A stretch of DNA of 64,000 bases from Podarcis gaigeae (lineage: Eukaryota). The notes under the pieces were generated by a model, which saw nothing but the letters and a program-made list of their open reading frames with translations, made no database searches and was not told the DNA's origin. Location: assembly GCA_964106915.2 (NCBI GenBank), contig OZ066929.1. The stretch is one strand, 5' to 3'. Positions 1 to 11,805 of the stretch are shown here, one piece after another (position 1 is the stretch's first letter; each line of letters begins with the position of its first letter). Position numbers and translations under genes: made by a program.

Positions 1-15
1 TGTGTTTTTGGCTAG

Positions 16-150
16 CTTGGTGAGCATCACGATAAGACCAAAGAAAGCTCGGAGTACTTGAAATATCTGACTCAGCAGGCTGTGGCCCTGCAACGCACAA
101 TGAATGAGATCTACAAGAACGGATCCAGCGCCAACATTATGCCCTTGAAA
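16..150 (+). CDS. CLUH: CLUH (clustered mitochondria homolog), third-from-last coding exon
   Basis: Flanked by ctag| and |gtgagt. 135 nt translating [45 protein letters not shown], which matches the recalled vertebrate CLUH C-terminal region. Confidence 0.95.
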
Positions 151-487
151 GTGAGTTGCCCAGAATGGCTTTGGCAGTAAGACGTAAGACGTACCTCTTG
201 ATTTTCCTTGTCTGAGGAATTAAGCAGCAATGCGTAGCACACTTCAGTGTCCAGGAGTGCTGTTCAGTTTACTCTGCTTCACCACTACTCTGGGATTTTT
301 ACTCCCATCTCGTCACAAGAGCTCGGCCGTGGTGTTTTCCTGTCTCATAGCTTGGCATTGCTTGTCTTTGCAATATCCTTGGAGCAGTGGGGGTTAAACA
401 GTTGATTGTTGAAGATCAGCCTGACCACTTTACAGCTGGACAGGGACCTGAACTTGGGTCTGGGTCAAAGCCACACTGTTGATCACA

Positions 488-490
<3 letters not shown>

Positions 491-532
<42 letters not shown>
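491..532. repeat. (GT)21 microsatellite
   Basis: Read directly. Confidence 0.98.
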
Positions 533-534
<2 letters not shown>

Positions 535-754
535 CACTGAGGGCTCTAGGCAAGATAAAAATGGCAGATAAAGCCAAGGCTTAATTCATTGTAGTGCAGA
601 TACGAAGCAGCTGAAGTCAGCATAATGATCCTTTGGTGACTTGTTCCCTCCCCACTCAACTGAACTGCCAGGAAACAACTCCCTTCTAAGCCTAACCTGA
701 CCTAAAGGGTTCCTGTTCTTGGGAATCAGGCTCAGAAGGGTGGAGAAGTGCATA

Positions 755-1192
755 CATTTTATTTACTTGCATCTATTTCCTGTCTTTCTTCCAACCTGGA
801 ACCCAAGGTGTGGTGTACACCTGGCTCCCAGATACCATTCCAGGCATGTTTTTTTAAAAATGTTGCTACTATAGTAACAAACCAAAAATAATACACACAC
901 ACCCCCAGTGTAAAAGGCCATAGATCGTTTAATTAGCTAAAGACCCAAGGAGAAAAGAAATGTTTTTGCCTAGTGCCAAAAGATATGTAATGGAAGCGCC
1001 AGGCGCGCCTCCCTGGAGAGATCATTCTACAAATGAGGAGCCACCGCCGAAAAGTCCTGTTCTTGTGTTGCTGCCCTCCGCATTTCTCATGGAGAAGGCA
1101 CACGAAGAAGGGCCTCAGATGAAGACAGCAGGGTCCAGGTTGGTTCATAGGGGGAGAGCCTGTCATTTGAGGTATTGCGGTCCTGAGCCAGT
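755..1192 (-). mobile_element. L2 LINE 3' fragment in CLUH intron
   Basis: tttatttactt tail plus gcacacgaagaagggcctcag...gaggtattgcggtcctgagcca, typical of antisense squamate L2 ends. Confidence 0.6.
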
Positions 1193-1454
1193 GTTCGTAT
1201 CCTCATTGCTGGGAGCCCTTCCCAGTCGTCCAGTCACCAAGTCCTGTTTGTGTCAGAAACCCTGTGTTCTGCTCGCTACCCAAATCACCACCTCCCTTTA
1301 TACTGGGGAAGAGCGTTGGCTGCCTCTAGGATCCACGGTCCCATTTAGGCAGCCCGGCATTTTTGTTTGCTGCTTAGAACTGTGCATTGGTTTCTTAGCC
1401 CCATGTGTTGCTTTTATTTTGTTGGTTAATAAGCTAATCTCTTGTTTCGTTTAG

Positions 1455-1528
1455 TTCACAGCTCCCAGTATGGCCAGCGTCCTGGAGCAGCTGAACATAA
1501 TCAATGGGATTCTCTTCATTCCACTAAG
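1455..1528 (+). CDS. CLUH: CLUH penultimate coding exon
   Basis: ttag|TTCACAGCT...CTAAG|gtaag. Translates FTAPSMASVLEQLNIINGILFIPL(S), in frame with both neighbouring exons. Confidence 0.95.
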
Positions 1529-2500
1529 GTAAGAGACCCCAAACTTTGTGTATCTGACTGTCTTTCTCTCTACCACTCCAGGAGTGGTGGTATGAATAGC
1601 ATTGGATGTCGCCTCCATTGTTTTTAATGGGCAGGGGGGCCTTCAGGAGAATTTTGAGAATTCAGGAGAATTTTGAAGCTTAGGTGTAGGTTGGTTGGCG
1701 ATTACAGGTCACTTCTTTGGCAACACTTCCTTTGGCCCTCCAGAGGTTGCTGAACTACAACTCCCATCAGCTCCAGCAAGCATCGGCCAGCGATTAGGAG
1801 AGCTGTAGATGAGCAGTAGTTGGAGAGCCAAATATTCACCCCCACCTAACATTAAATTGCATAGCAAACACTTCATCTGCTCTACAGTGACGGGAGTTCC
1901 TTTGTTGGGTTATTAAGTCTCTCCTATCTTTATCTGTTCCTCTAGAGCAGGGGAGGGGGAAAGGATTTCATCCCAAGGGACAGATTCCCTGCTGGACACA
2001 TGGCAGGGGTGGGCGGAGCCAGGGCCAAAAATGGGCGGAGCAACTGATGCACATTTTAACATTGTACTGTAGGCTAGCACACACACACACACACACACAC
2101 GACCCTCCACTCTGAATCATTATCAGAGTTCAAGGATACATTTCAGCCAGGACGAAAACACTTGAGATGCAAGGCTGGTGAGGGGTGTGACCTGGAAGAA
2201 GGGGGCGTGGCCAAGGGGGAGTCTCTAGAGAAGCTGAGGGGGGCTTTAGCCTAGTTCCATACCCCTGCTCCAGAAAGCACCAGGGCCACATCTGCATTTC
2301 CAAAACTACCTTTTGGAAAAAACTAGGAACCATCTTTTGGTATAAGACTATCAAGGAATGGCTGGACACCAAGGAGTGGGCGTTGGAGACTGACTTGGAA
2401 GAAGGGATAGGTGAACTGGGGGAGCTTGTAACAGCCAGGAGATGAAAGTCAGAGGCAGGAGAAGGGGGACAGAGAGGTCAGGCTGGTGGAGAGTCAAGGG

Positions 2501-2750
2501 CATGGGTAGGCAAACTAAGGCCCGGGGGCCGGATCCGGCCCAATTGCCTTACATCGGGCCCATGGATGGTCCAGGAATCAGCATGTTTTTACATGAGTAG
2601 ACTGTGTCCTTTTATTTAAAATGCATCTCTGGGTTATTTGTGGGGCATAGGAATTCGTTCATTATTTTTTTTTTCAAAATATAGTCCGGCTGCCCACAAG
2701 GTCTGAGGGACAGTGGACCCGCCCCCTGCTGAAAAAGTTTGCTGACCCCT
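2501..2750 (+). mobile_element. hAT-Charlie MITE (OposCharlie1/OC1-like ends), copy 1
   Basis: CATGGGTAGGCAAACT...AGTTTGCTGACCCCT. Highly similar to the copy at 33050-33301. No matching TSD. Confidence 0.85.
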
Positions 2751-3010
2751 CCTCTGTCTCCCATGACCCAGGAGAGGATTGAAGTGGGAGGAGCAGAAGC
2801 AGGTTAATCCCAGGCGGAGTCTTTGCCTGCTTGTAGGCAGCTTGGATAGGAGAGAGACATAAGCACAGGTCGGGTCTTTCTGTCGCGGCAACAGCTTGGG
2901 AGATGAGCTACCTCTTGTCTACCGTCCCCTGAGCACCCCGCTCTGCGTGCTATCCCTCTGAATTTGCTCTGCCCCAGATTGCCCAGCTTTTCCCCCTTCT
3001 CCCTCCGCAG

Positions 3011-3161
3011 CCAAAAAGACTTGGAGAACCTTAAAGCCGAAGTGCAGCGGCGCCAGCAACTTCAGGAGGTCCTCAAGGGCAGCGAAGAGTTGGAGTCGGA
3101 AGAAAAACCCACGGAAGAGAGCGAGCCCGAAGCAAGCCCGCCTTCAGCCACGGCCCCCTAG
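3011..3161 (+). CDS. CLUH: CLUH last coding exon (to TAG stop)
   Basis: Polypyrimidine tract then cgcag|. Phase matches the previous exon. Translates (S)QKDLENLKAEVQRRQQLQE...SATAP*. Confidence 0.95.
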
Positions 3162-4630
3162 CTTGGGGGTCTGCGTCGGGAGAAGGCTCTGGCTGTTTGA
3201 ATCTGTCCCGGGGTGGGATGTAGGGAGTTGCTCAGTCTCTCCTCGGGGCGGCTTCTCCTCGGCAATGTGTTTTTGTGTTGTTGTTGTTTTTATTTTTTAA
3301 TTTGCACTGGTACAATGAATACACAATGCAAAGAACTAAATTTTGAGAAATGAACCCTACCTGTCAAGGCGGGCACTGGGCACCTGAAACGGGGCGGTGC
3401 AACAGCTGCTGGTGTCCGGAGAGTCTAACTGGGGCGGGAGAATGCAGGGGTGCCATGGGGAGGGTGGAAAGGGGGCATGCGTGTGTGTGTGTACGTTTCA
3501 ATCCATTTTTACCGTGTACATAAGAGATTTAATTCCAAGTGAGGTATAATAACATTTCTCAGGTCATTTTTTCTGTTGACTTTTAAAGGACATCTATAAC
3601 TTTGCAGAAAAGGAACCTTCCCCACCCCCCGGGCCTGGTGGTTCTTCTCCCCCACCCCCCAAAAAAAGTTCTCCTTTTTCTTCCAACTTTTGAGGCTCAG
3701 CCCGCTGCTGCACTGTTTAAGTGATCGTGACACTATAAATATTATATATTAAATATAAATTCAGCCATATTTTTTATCTCAATGTTTTATCTTTAAGGCC
3801 TGAGCAGAGTTGGTACTGCAGAGGAAACTGTTTTGAGGAGATGGCATAGAACTTTTTTTTGGTCAAAATTTAGGAGACAGCCATTGGATTCCTTTTAGGG
3901 TTCCTCTTTTTATTCTTTAATGTCTTCCCCCCCCCTCAAAGTATTCAGATTTGTTGGGAATGTGGGGTGCGGTTTTGTTTTTTCCCAAGTTTCATGGCCC
4001 AGGAAAAGAGATGTTGTGTGGTTTTTGTGTCCGCCTAAATTCCTTGTGCTTTGCTCCCTCTTGAGCACAGCATAAGAAACAGCATCCAAAAGGAAGGGGG
4101 GGTATTTAAAAAGAAGAAAACCAAGCCATGGGATGCTACAGCTGTGATCATCCAGCTGCCCCCCTATGCCAAGTTAACTGTAAAAGCTGAATTGATGGCT
4201 TGGGGGCAGGGAGGGAGTGCTGAGTTACTAGGCTAGGCTCCCCCCATGTCAAAGCATCCCTAAAGTCTGGTATAAATTCCCCCCTTGCCCTTTTTCAACT
4301 TATACAGTGGAAAATCCCTAGTGCCTATACTTTATCTCTCTCCCCACCCCCTTCTCAAAGAGTTGTGTGAATGGCATGGAACAAAAGCACCTCGGTCGTC
4401 TCTCGCAAGTTACGCGCCCCAAAATCATACTCGAGGAGCTGAAGACTGCTGTCTCGAAAACAATTGGTTCAATTGGTGAGCTGAATTGAATCAATGTTTG
4501 GGTTGTTGTTTTTAAAAGGTTTATCTGTGAATGTACTAAACAAGAATCATGAACCTAAAATGAAGCTCTTTTCTCTCCCCCTAATTTCCTTCTCGCAGTG
4601 AAAATAATAAATTTGTATTAAATACTATAT
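3162..4630 (+). other. CLUH: CLUH 3'UTR (end approximate)
   Basis: AU/U-rich sequence with no recognisable repeats, running from the stop codon to an AATAAA/ATTAAA pair. Confidence 0.65.
4606..4622 (+). terminator. Putative CLUH polyadenylation signals (AATAAA 4606-4611, ATTAAA 4617-4622)
   Basis: Two hexamers followed by a G-run and the GU-rich gtcttgtttgtgtgg. A further AATAAA lies at 4881. Confidence 0.6.
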
Positions 4631-5879
4631 AGTGCGCAACAAGATGATTGGTGGGGGGGGGGGGGTCTTGTTTGTGTGGAGGCTTTTTGTCCCAAAGCCT
4701 CATCAGCTTTAGAACACAAGTTTCCCAAGAAGGCATTCATTGCTGGCAATGGATGCTCTGCCCAATATTCTGCTCTCGCCTGAAGGGGGAAAACGGTGAT
4801 ACGTTCTTCAGCTACTCTTAATAGCTCTCACTGCTGTACGTCCCTGCTATTACCGACAGGTTGAATGTGTTCGTAAGAACAATAAAGCTGATTTCCTAGC
4901 TCTGCCCTCCCTACCTAAAGAAACACACACATCATGTTGAGTTCAAAATGCAGAGTCTGGTGGTCACCACCTCCCTCCTCTCTTTTGTACTAAATTGCAT
5001 TTTGTCAGCCGCCACCCCTGCTCAAAACCACAAAAGTGAGAGGTCATGTTTCTACCATGTGACTCGAATATTGTATTTTGGGGAAGGATGGGGGGGCGGG
5101 ACTTGTGCTACAGACTCAGTGCAAGGGGTTGGGCAACTTACGGTCCCTGTGGCCCCATTAAACCTGCCAAAAAACGGCTACCAAAGAAAGGTGGGTGGGA
5201 GGGGAGTGTGTGAGTGAGCGACGTCATCGTAGCGTGGCTGGAAATTGCTGCTACAGTGGGCAAAATAAAATAAAGCGAAACTTTGGCATGGTTCTGGGGC
5301 CCAGATAGCGAAGGTTGCCTGTACCTTGACGAGAGTGCAATTTAGGTACATAGCAAGAGCCCTGCCCCCTTCCCTGGGGGAGAGAATGTTCTTTGGTCCA
5401 GATGTGGAGGTGGGGGGCAAGAGAGAAAAATACAGAATTTCCTTGGAAGTGTCTGAATAAAGAACAGATTTCAATGCAACCTTTACTTTAGGTTTTGTGT
5501 GCTTTGTTTTGAGTAGTATCTCCCAGCAATGGTTCCCATCAAATAAATTTGTGCCATAAGCAGGAAAAGAACCATCTGCCCAATTTTTCTCGCAGACAGT
5601 GGACAATTTGGCTTAATTTTATACTTGAAGCCAATGACAGCCTTGGGTATCTGTCTCCTAAGGGGCTTTAAGGTGGTATGGTCAGACTCTTGGCAGATGC
5701 TGTGGCTCAGCTATTCTCCCACATTATTTCCTTACGTTACAGACTACATGACCTGTATAATTTGTGGGTCCAGAGGTGTGCATTATGTTCTGGGGTGCTG
5801 CCACTACCAGTGAGAGGGAGACCCAAAAGGTCTGCCCACCAGTCCTTAGCTTAATGACCTCAAGGAGGCACACATGCTT

Positions 5880-6198
5880 AAGAACGTAAGAAAAGTCTGC
5901 TGGATCAGGCCAGCGGCCCACTTGGTCCAGCATCCTGTTCTCACAGTGGCTAACCAAATACCTGTGGGAATCCTGCAACTAAGATCCAGCGCAAAAGCTC
6001 TCGCGCCCTCTGTGGTTTCCAGCAACTGGTATTCAGCAGCACTGCTGCCTTCGACTGTGGAGGCAGAGTACGGCCCTCTCCACCATTAATTTGTCTGATC
6101 CTCTTTCAAAGCTTCCTAGCTTGGTGGCCATCACTGCCCTCCAGTAGAAGCAAGTTCCATACTTTCAACTATGCACTGCATGAAGGAAGTGCTTTGTC
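5880..6198 (-). mobile_element. CR1 LINE 3' end
   Basis: aagaacgtaagaa...gctggatcaggcc...gtccagcatcctgttctcacagtggc. Related fragments lie at ~26315-26510 (-), 46118-46245 (+) and 51860-52030 (+). Confidence 0.7.
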
Positions 6199-6610
6199 TG
6201 CTTCTTCCGCTCCCAAATGTAGGTGACTGGCTAAAAGATCACCCAGTGAACTTTGTAGCCAACAGGATTTGAGCTCGTCTCTCTGAGCCTAGTCGTCTCA
6301 ATTGTAAGGTGGGAGGGCACCACAAAATGCCCATTGCACAGAAGAAAACTGATCTGCATTCTGCCCACACACACCCCTAAAAGAGTAAGCCCTTAGCAAG
6401 GTTGTCTGCATCTATCTTGGAGTGTCATGGTGCCTGACTATAGCTGCCAGGTTAGGAGCCTCACCTGTAGGCAATCTTCTCGCCATTGTTCACACACAGA
6501 CTGCTTTGTAATGCTACAGGCCTCCTGTGCTTTCATCCACATTTAGCTGAGAACAAAAATCTGCTATCTAGACTATTTCTACGGTCCCGATCCAGCAAGG
6601 ATAAAAGATA

Positions 6611-6863
6611 CAGTGGTACCTTGGGTTGAAGAACAGCTTAGTTTATGAACAACTTGGATTAAGAACGCTGCAAACCCAGAAGTAGGTGTTTTGGTTTGTG
6701 AACTTTGCCTTGGAAGCAGAACAGGTTTCGCTTCCTGTTGAGTGTGTCCCATTTGTAAATTGAGTCCCCCATTGCTATGGGAAAGCACGCCTTGGTTTAA
6801 GAACGTTTTGGTTGAAGAATGGGCTTCCGGAACGGATTAAGTTTGTAAACCAAGGTACCACTG
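6611..6863. mobile_element. Tc1/mariner (Tigger-like) MITE
   Basis: TIR CAGTGGTACCTTGG/CCAAGGTACCACTG. Left TA present. Confidence 0.85.
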
Positions 6864-9009
6864 GCTCAATTAAACCATGTGAAAACAACTATAGGCCACC
6901 TCCATGAGCTGGCCTAGCAAGTTTCTAAAGAAATGGGATCTCCCCAACATACCCATCAATAGGACCAACCAGGGGGCCATTTCTCCATATAACCCAGATA
7001 TCCCTTCTGCCTACCCGTGAATTAACTAGTCTTAGCTGATTAGGAAAAGGGATATAGATGCCACATTAGCAAAACAGCTGCATGGGGAGTGGCACTCAGA
7101 ATTCAACCCTGCCATCACCACCCCATTTCAAATTAGATCAAACTAGTAAAATTCCACCCACTCTAGATGACAAGCTTCTTTGGTTTCAGTCAATCAGAAG
7201 GAAAACAAGAAAAGCTAGAAGATTTCAGAGGTCAGAGCTGTTAAAGGCTTACTGTGGGATAACCACTTATGTGAAGCACAGAAAATCTGTTGTTTTTTCC
7301 AATGCTAGTTAACAAGGCTGCTATCGCCTATTGTGGAAAATCAAGGTCAACGATAGTATGTAGGTAAAATCTGCTCAGTGGAAAGAGGTCGCCCTGTCAA
7401 AGAGTCGATACTAATTAGGTTAATAAAACTCTACTTGCCTACAGTTAACACAGTTGCTCATTTGGGTGTTAGATTTATTTAGGTCAAATTACATTTGTAC
7501 GGCTTGAAATTAATTGATGTGGCTTCTCCCTCCCTGGTAACTTGAGGTGTTTTCTGCCCTGGGTTGCTACCCATTGGGGGAGGGTGGGGTGGCAAGTCAA
7601 CCCGAAATACATGATAGTAAGCCTGAAGAGTCCTGGGTGACACTGCAGCTTCTTCGCAAGCATTTGAAAACAAATTGGCTCCAATGAGTTTTGTTTTGGT
7701 AATTAAGTATTGCAGCAACAGGCTAAGAAACCAAAAAATCCACCATTCCCACAAACAAGCTAACTGTCCTCCAGTAGGGACCTTCAGCCTCAAGTATTAA
7801 TCTGGGCTACCCACTTCCAAGTGGCAAGATGTACAGGGTATTCTGCAGTGCTGCTATCTAACCATACCAAGACCCCAAGTTGCATTTACAGCAGAAACTC
7901 AGCATCCCGTTTCCAACAGGCATTGGCTAGATGCCGGCGAGAAGCTCCATCGCAGGGCCTGGAGGCAACACACAGCCACATGGCACTGTCCTTAATCATC
8001 CCTCTGAACATACTCCATTCTGTGTCACCATCAAGAAGACCTCCAAGTATGTCTGCTTTTAGATGCATCTCTAAGCCATGGTGGCCGATGCCCACTGAGA
8101 CCAGCATGACAGAGACCAACAGGAGGTGGCGCCTGAGCCTGCTAAGCCTAGCTTTGCTCCCATCCTTGCCTTCTAGAAGGGGGCAACACCAACTAAGGAG
8201 GAAGCTGAGAGGCAACAGCAGCACCTGGACTGGTTGTAAGCAGGAAAGGGCCAGCTGAGGGTAGGCTGGTGGGGCAGTGCCCCATCTGCCCTTAGGTGCC
8301 AGTCTCTGCTGTCTCTATGCCCGTGGCCCTCACCACGTTCTACAACAATGAATTCCACAAGCAGAATTTGACTGCAGGTGTCCCCCGCCCCAACTTAATT
8401 TTTCCTTGCTCTCAAACTCTCGCTTCAACTAGAGCTGAAGTTCTGGGGCTGGCTGCAGGCTGTGCAGGAAACCGGCTGATAGTCTACCATGCAAGTCAGC
8501 TGTCAGGCGGGGAGGTTGGGTAGCCTAAAAAAAAAGCCCCACTGTGCCTGAGGTCTCTCTGGGGCTTCCTCTGTCCTCATTGACGTTCGCTCCGGGCAGG
8601 GTCACCTCGTGAGCTGTGGGGACTCTCCCCCGCCATTTTCTGGTTCTATTTATTTCCTGGCGCTGCACATATATGTGGTTGTGCGCTAGTAGAACACACA
8701 TGGGGGGGGCACCTGTACTTAGGAAATGGAGGGTAACTGCCCCCTTTAGAGCTTCACAAGAGACAAATGTTGTGTAAGCCAGTTGCCCTGCTGTACCAGC
8801 CCACCCCTCCTTTCATCTGCTCTGCCCCACACCACTCACCCTTGCATTGCATTGTCACTTGAAGCACTGCTTTCCTCCAGCTTGAAACCCAACATGATAT
8901 TCTTTTGCCATCTGCTTTTAACTGCCTAATCAAGCACAATCTAAAAGCACATGATCTTTTCTGCACCTAGACAAACAAAAAGAACGAAACGCATTTAGTT
9001 TTATATGCA

Positions 9010-9015
9010 TTTAAT
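9010..9015 (-). terminator. PAFAH1B1 polyadenylation signal ATTAAA
   Basis: ATTAAA with an upstream UGUA and the U/GU-rich GCGTTTCGTTCTTTTTGTTTGTC about 20-45 nt downstream. Confidence 0.75.
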
Positions 9016-9033
9016 AGTTTACCAATTGGTACA

Positions 9034-9164
9034 NNNNNNNNNNNNNNNNNNNNNNNNNNNNNNNNNNNNNNNNNNNNNNNNNNNNNNNNNNNNNNNNNNN
9101 NNNNNNNNNNNNNNNNNNNNNNNNNNNNNNNNNNNNNNNNNNNNNNNNNNNNNNNNNNNNNNNN
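9034..9164. other. N gap (131 nt)
   Basis: Run of n. Confidence 0.99.
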
Positions 9165-10272
9165 ATTGTGTCAATATCTTCAGTTTAACTCCTACAGTCT
9201 GGGGGTGAGGGGGGAAGCTTTCTCCAATGGCAATCTCTACACCGTTCTTAATGGGGGGGAGAAATATAGATGCTTGTCGTCATGTCAGTGTTGGGATCAA
9301 ACTTCTAAAAACGTGGAATATTTTGCTAATTCTCTTCAGAAAGAACTTTGGACAGCTTGAAGGATATGCTTAGGACAAGAAAGTGGTTACTTACAGGGAC
9401 ACAGCAGAAAGAGAATAAAAAAAGGCTGGTTAACATCCAGTCATGACTTGCCAATCTGGCTCAACCTTTTGCCCACCCTCTGCCCCCCCACAAAAAAAGA
9501 AAACCTCCCAAACAAGTTTCCCTATTTTATACACATCATTTCTGCCACTAATGGAGAGGTTTTGCAGTAGCTAGTACCCTGGGTATTTATTTTTAAATAT
9601 ACACAGCCAGAGTGAGAATATGGAATAATTAAGTCGATTTTTTCTTTTTCTTTTTTCCTTCATTCAAATTCTGTTAAAATTTTGCACTCAAAACAATCCA
9701 TGTCAGGATTATCAAGCCACTGCGGAGGAAAAACCCAACCCAAACCGTATCCTTTTAAATAGCTTTCATGGGGTGGGAAGATGGGATGAGGGACGGGCAG
9801 AGAAGTGAGGTGAGAGAAGAGAAAGCTATTTAAGAATGATTTAAACAGGCAGTTCATTTCACATTAAAAAAAAAAAAGAGTTTAGAGGTAAATGGGAGAA
9901 GCAGCCAGGTGTCAACAGATTAGACCAGGGGTGGAGGGGTAGGGGTAGCTTGGTGAGGCGAGAGCCAAAGCTTTCAAAATACTACAGTGCTCCACAGCTT
10001 CTTGACAACTTGCTAGCAACTAGTATTTTCTGGGGTTTGTTTTTCTTAAAAAAAAAAAATTGTGCCCTGGGCACTTCATTGGTCACACCACACACAAAAG
10101 CAGGACGGCTTTTAAATGAAAATGGTAAAGTGCAGGATGCTCCAAGTCATCAGCTCTCAGATTGTGTCCAGATCAAAAAAGAGGGGAGGGTGGATTTTGC
10201 ACTTTCAAAAAGAAAAATGAATCTGGGATTTATTTTTTTCCTGGGCACATCTTAATAATCCATGCAGTTCTG

Positions 10273-10274
<2 letters not shown>

Positions 10275-10314
<40 letters not shown>
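10275..10314. repeat. (GT)20 microsatellite inside the PAFAH1B1 3'UTR
   Basis: Read directly. Confidence 0.97.
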
Positions 10315-10315
<1 letters not shown>

Positions 10316-11762
10316 GAAATACATGTCTAGGTATGTATTTGTGGCTTTGTTTCAAGAGACTGGACACCAAAACTGGTCTGTTTGCAAGCGTGGTGCTTGA
10401 CCACTGCCCTTTCAGTTTTAAAAACAGAATGTCACTCTTTGTGTGACGGAACACACAGCAATACACTCCTGAATACCTTCTGATATATATATATTTTAAA
10501 AAAATCCTCTTTCAATCCAAACCAGTAAACCTCAGCGCTTGAGACTCTTCACGGGAGAAAAAGAAAAGGCACAGGATTAAGATAGCCAGAGCGAAGCACA
10601 AAAGCCAACTCCTAGGGACAACTCCGCCACACCACCAACTTCTCCCCTTTTCCATTTTCTTTTGTTTTAAAACCAGGGGTGTAACTGCTGGTGCAGTCTA
10701 CAACCACTCATGGTAATTCGCCTATTATTGTAAACCGGCTAAATGGACGTGTAGCTTACAAGTTTAAAGTTACTCAACGCCAAGGAGGTTTCGTGACTAC
10801 TAGAGGCTACAAAATGGTTCCTTTTTTTTATCCTAAAACCATGTATTATGTTCAAAGGAGTGAAGGGAATAGTGGTCAAGCTCCCGTGTTAATAGGTACC
10901 TTAGTTTCACAGACTCTGCAAATGCAGAGTTTACCTTTAACCCTTAAAAAAGAAAAGAACCAGGATTTCTACACCTCAGCCAAGAATTACTTTACAATTG
11001 CTAACCGGCATTGCTATGACTGCCCCACTACAGATTCAGAAATTCTCAAAAAGGCAAAACCAGCAATGAACTCCCTGTCAAAAACAGCTTAAAAACGAGG
11101 GTAAGACTTCAAAATGTGTAAGATTCGGCTTGTGGGAAACTTGCTCACTAAAAAAACGGCATTCTCCAGATGTCAGGACTTGCACCCTTACTTACTGCCC
11201 ACCCTTTCAAGTCATTCACTGCCTTTGGTTTCCCAGCTCCCGTAAAAGAAGCCAAACACCAAAAAATCCTCCTTGCGGGTGAACCAAAATGTGTGATTAA
11301 GCCTTATTTCTACTGACATGCAAGTAACCCTCCAAACAAGTGGGGGGTTTTGTTGCTTTTTTGTTTTAAGGGCCAGTTCTTTTAAAAGCCAGAGCTAATA
11401 AAACAAAATACTTAATGTGTGTTAAAATTTGTCAGACTGACAGTTTGTCCAGACTGGTACGTGGATTTTTGGAGGGCTGGAATAAAGGGCTGGACTTAAA
11501 AATGCCTATAACAGAACGTGACCAATAAAAGGCTGATTGAACGATGCTTGCTCCTTGGAAAAAAGATGAATTGGGGGGCATTTCTTTCTTTTAGAGCTCT
11601 TCAAATTAAGGGGGCAGCTTCCAAACTGAAGCTGGCTTCAAAACTCTGTAACAAGAGCAGGCTTTTGCATGTCAGCAGGTGGATTTAACATGCGGTTGTA
11701 AGGTTATCTAGAAGCTTGCAAAGTACCTGCTAGCGTCAGTGGTTCTCCTCCTCCTGTTTCCC

Positions 11763-11763
<1 letters not shown>

Positions 11764-11805
<42 letters not shown>
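11764..11805. repeat. (CTTT)n microsatellite inside the PAFAH1B1 3'UTR
   Basis: Read directly. Confidence 0.95.

Noticed and set aside
960-1454. 164-aa ORF in a CLUH intron
   Set aside because: Largely the antisense of an L2 fragment, and it ends at the TAG of the splice acceptor.
1642-1677. Short tandem duplications (also ~20278-20315, 26958-26983, 51820-51850, 56841-56874)
   Set aside because: Ordinary two-copy slippage duplications, not CRISPR-like or functional arrays.
7821-8258. Overlapping 145-aa (+) and 112-aa (-) intergenic ORFs
   Set aside because: Non-ATG starts, no recognisable homology in the frames I read, and no splice or poly(A)/TSD support for a gene or retrocopy.
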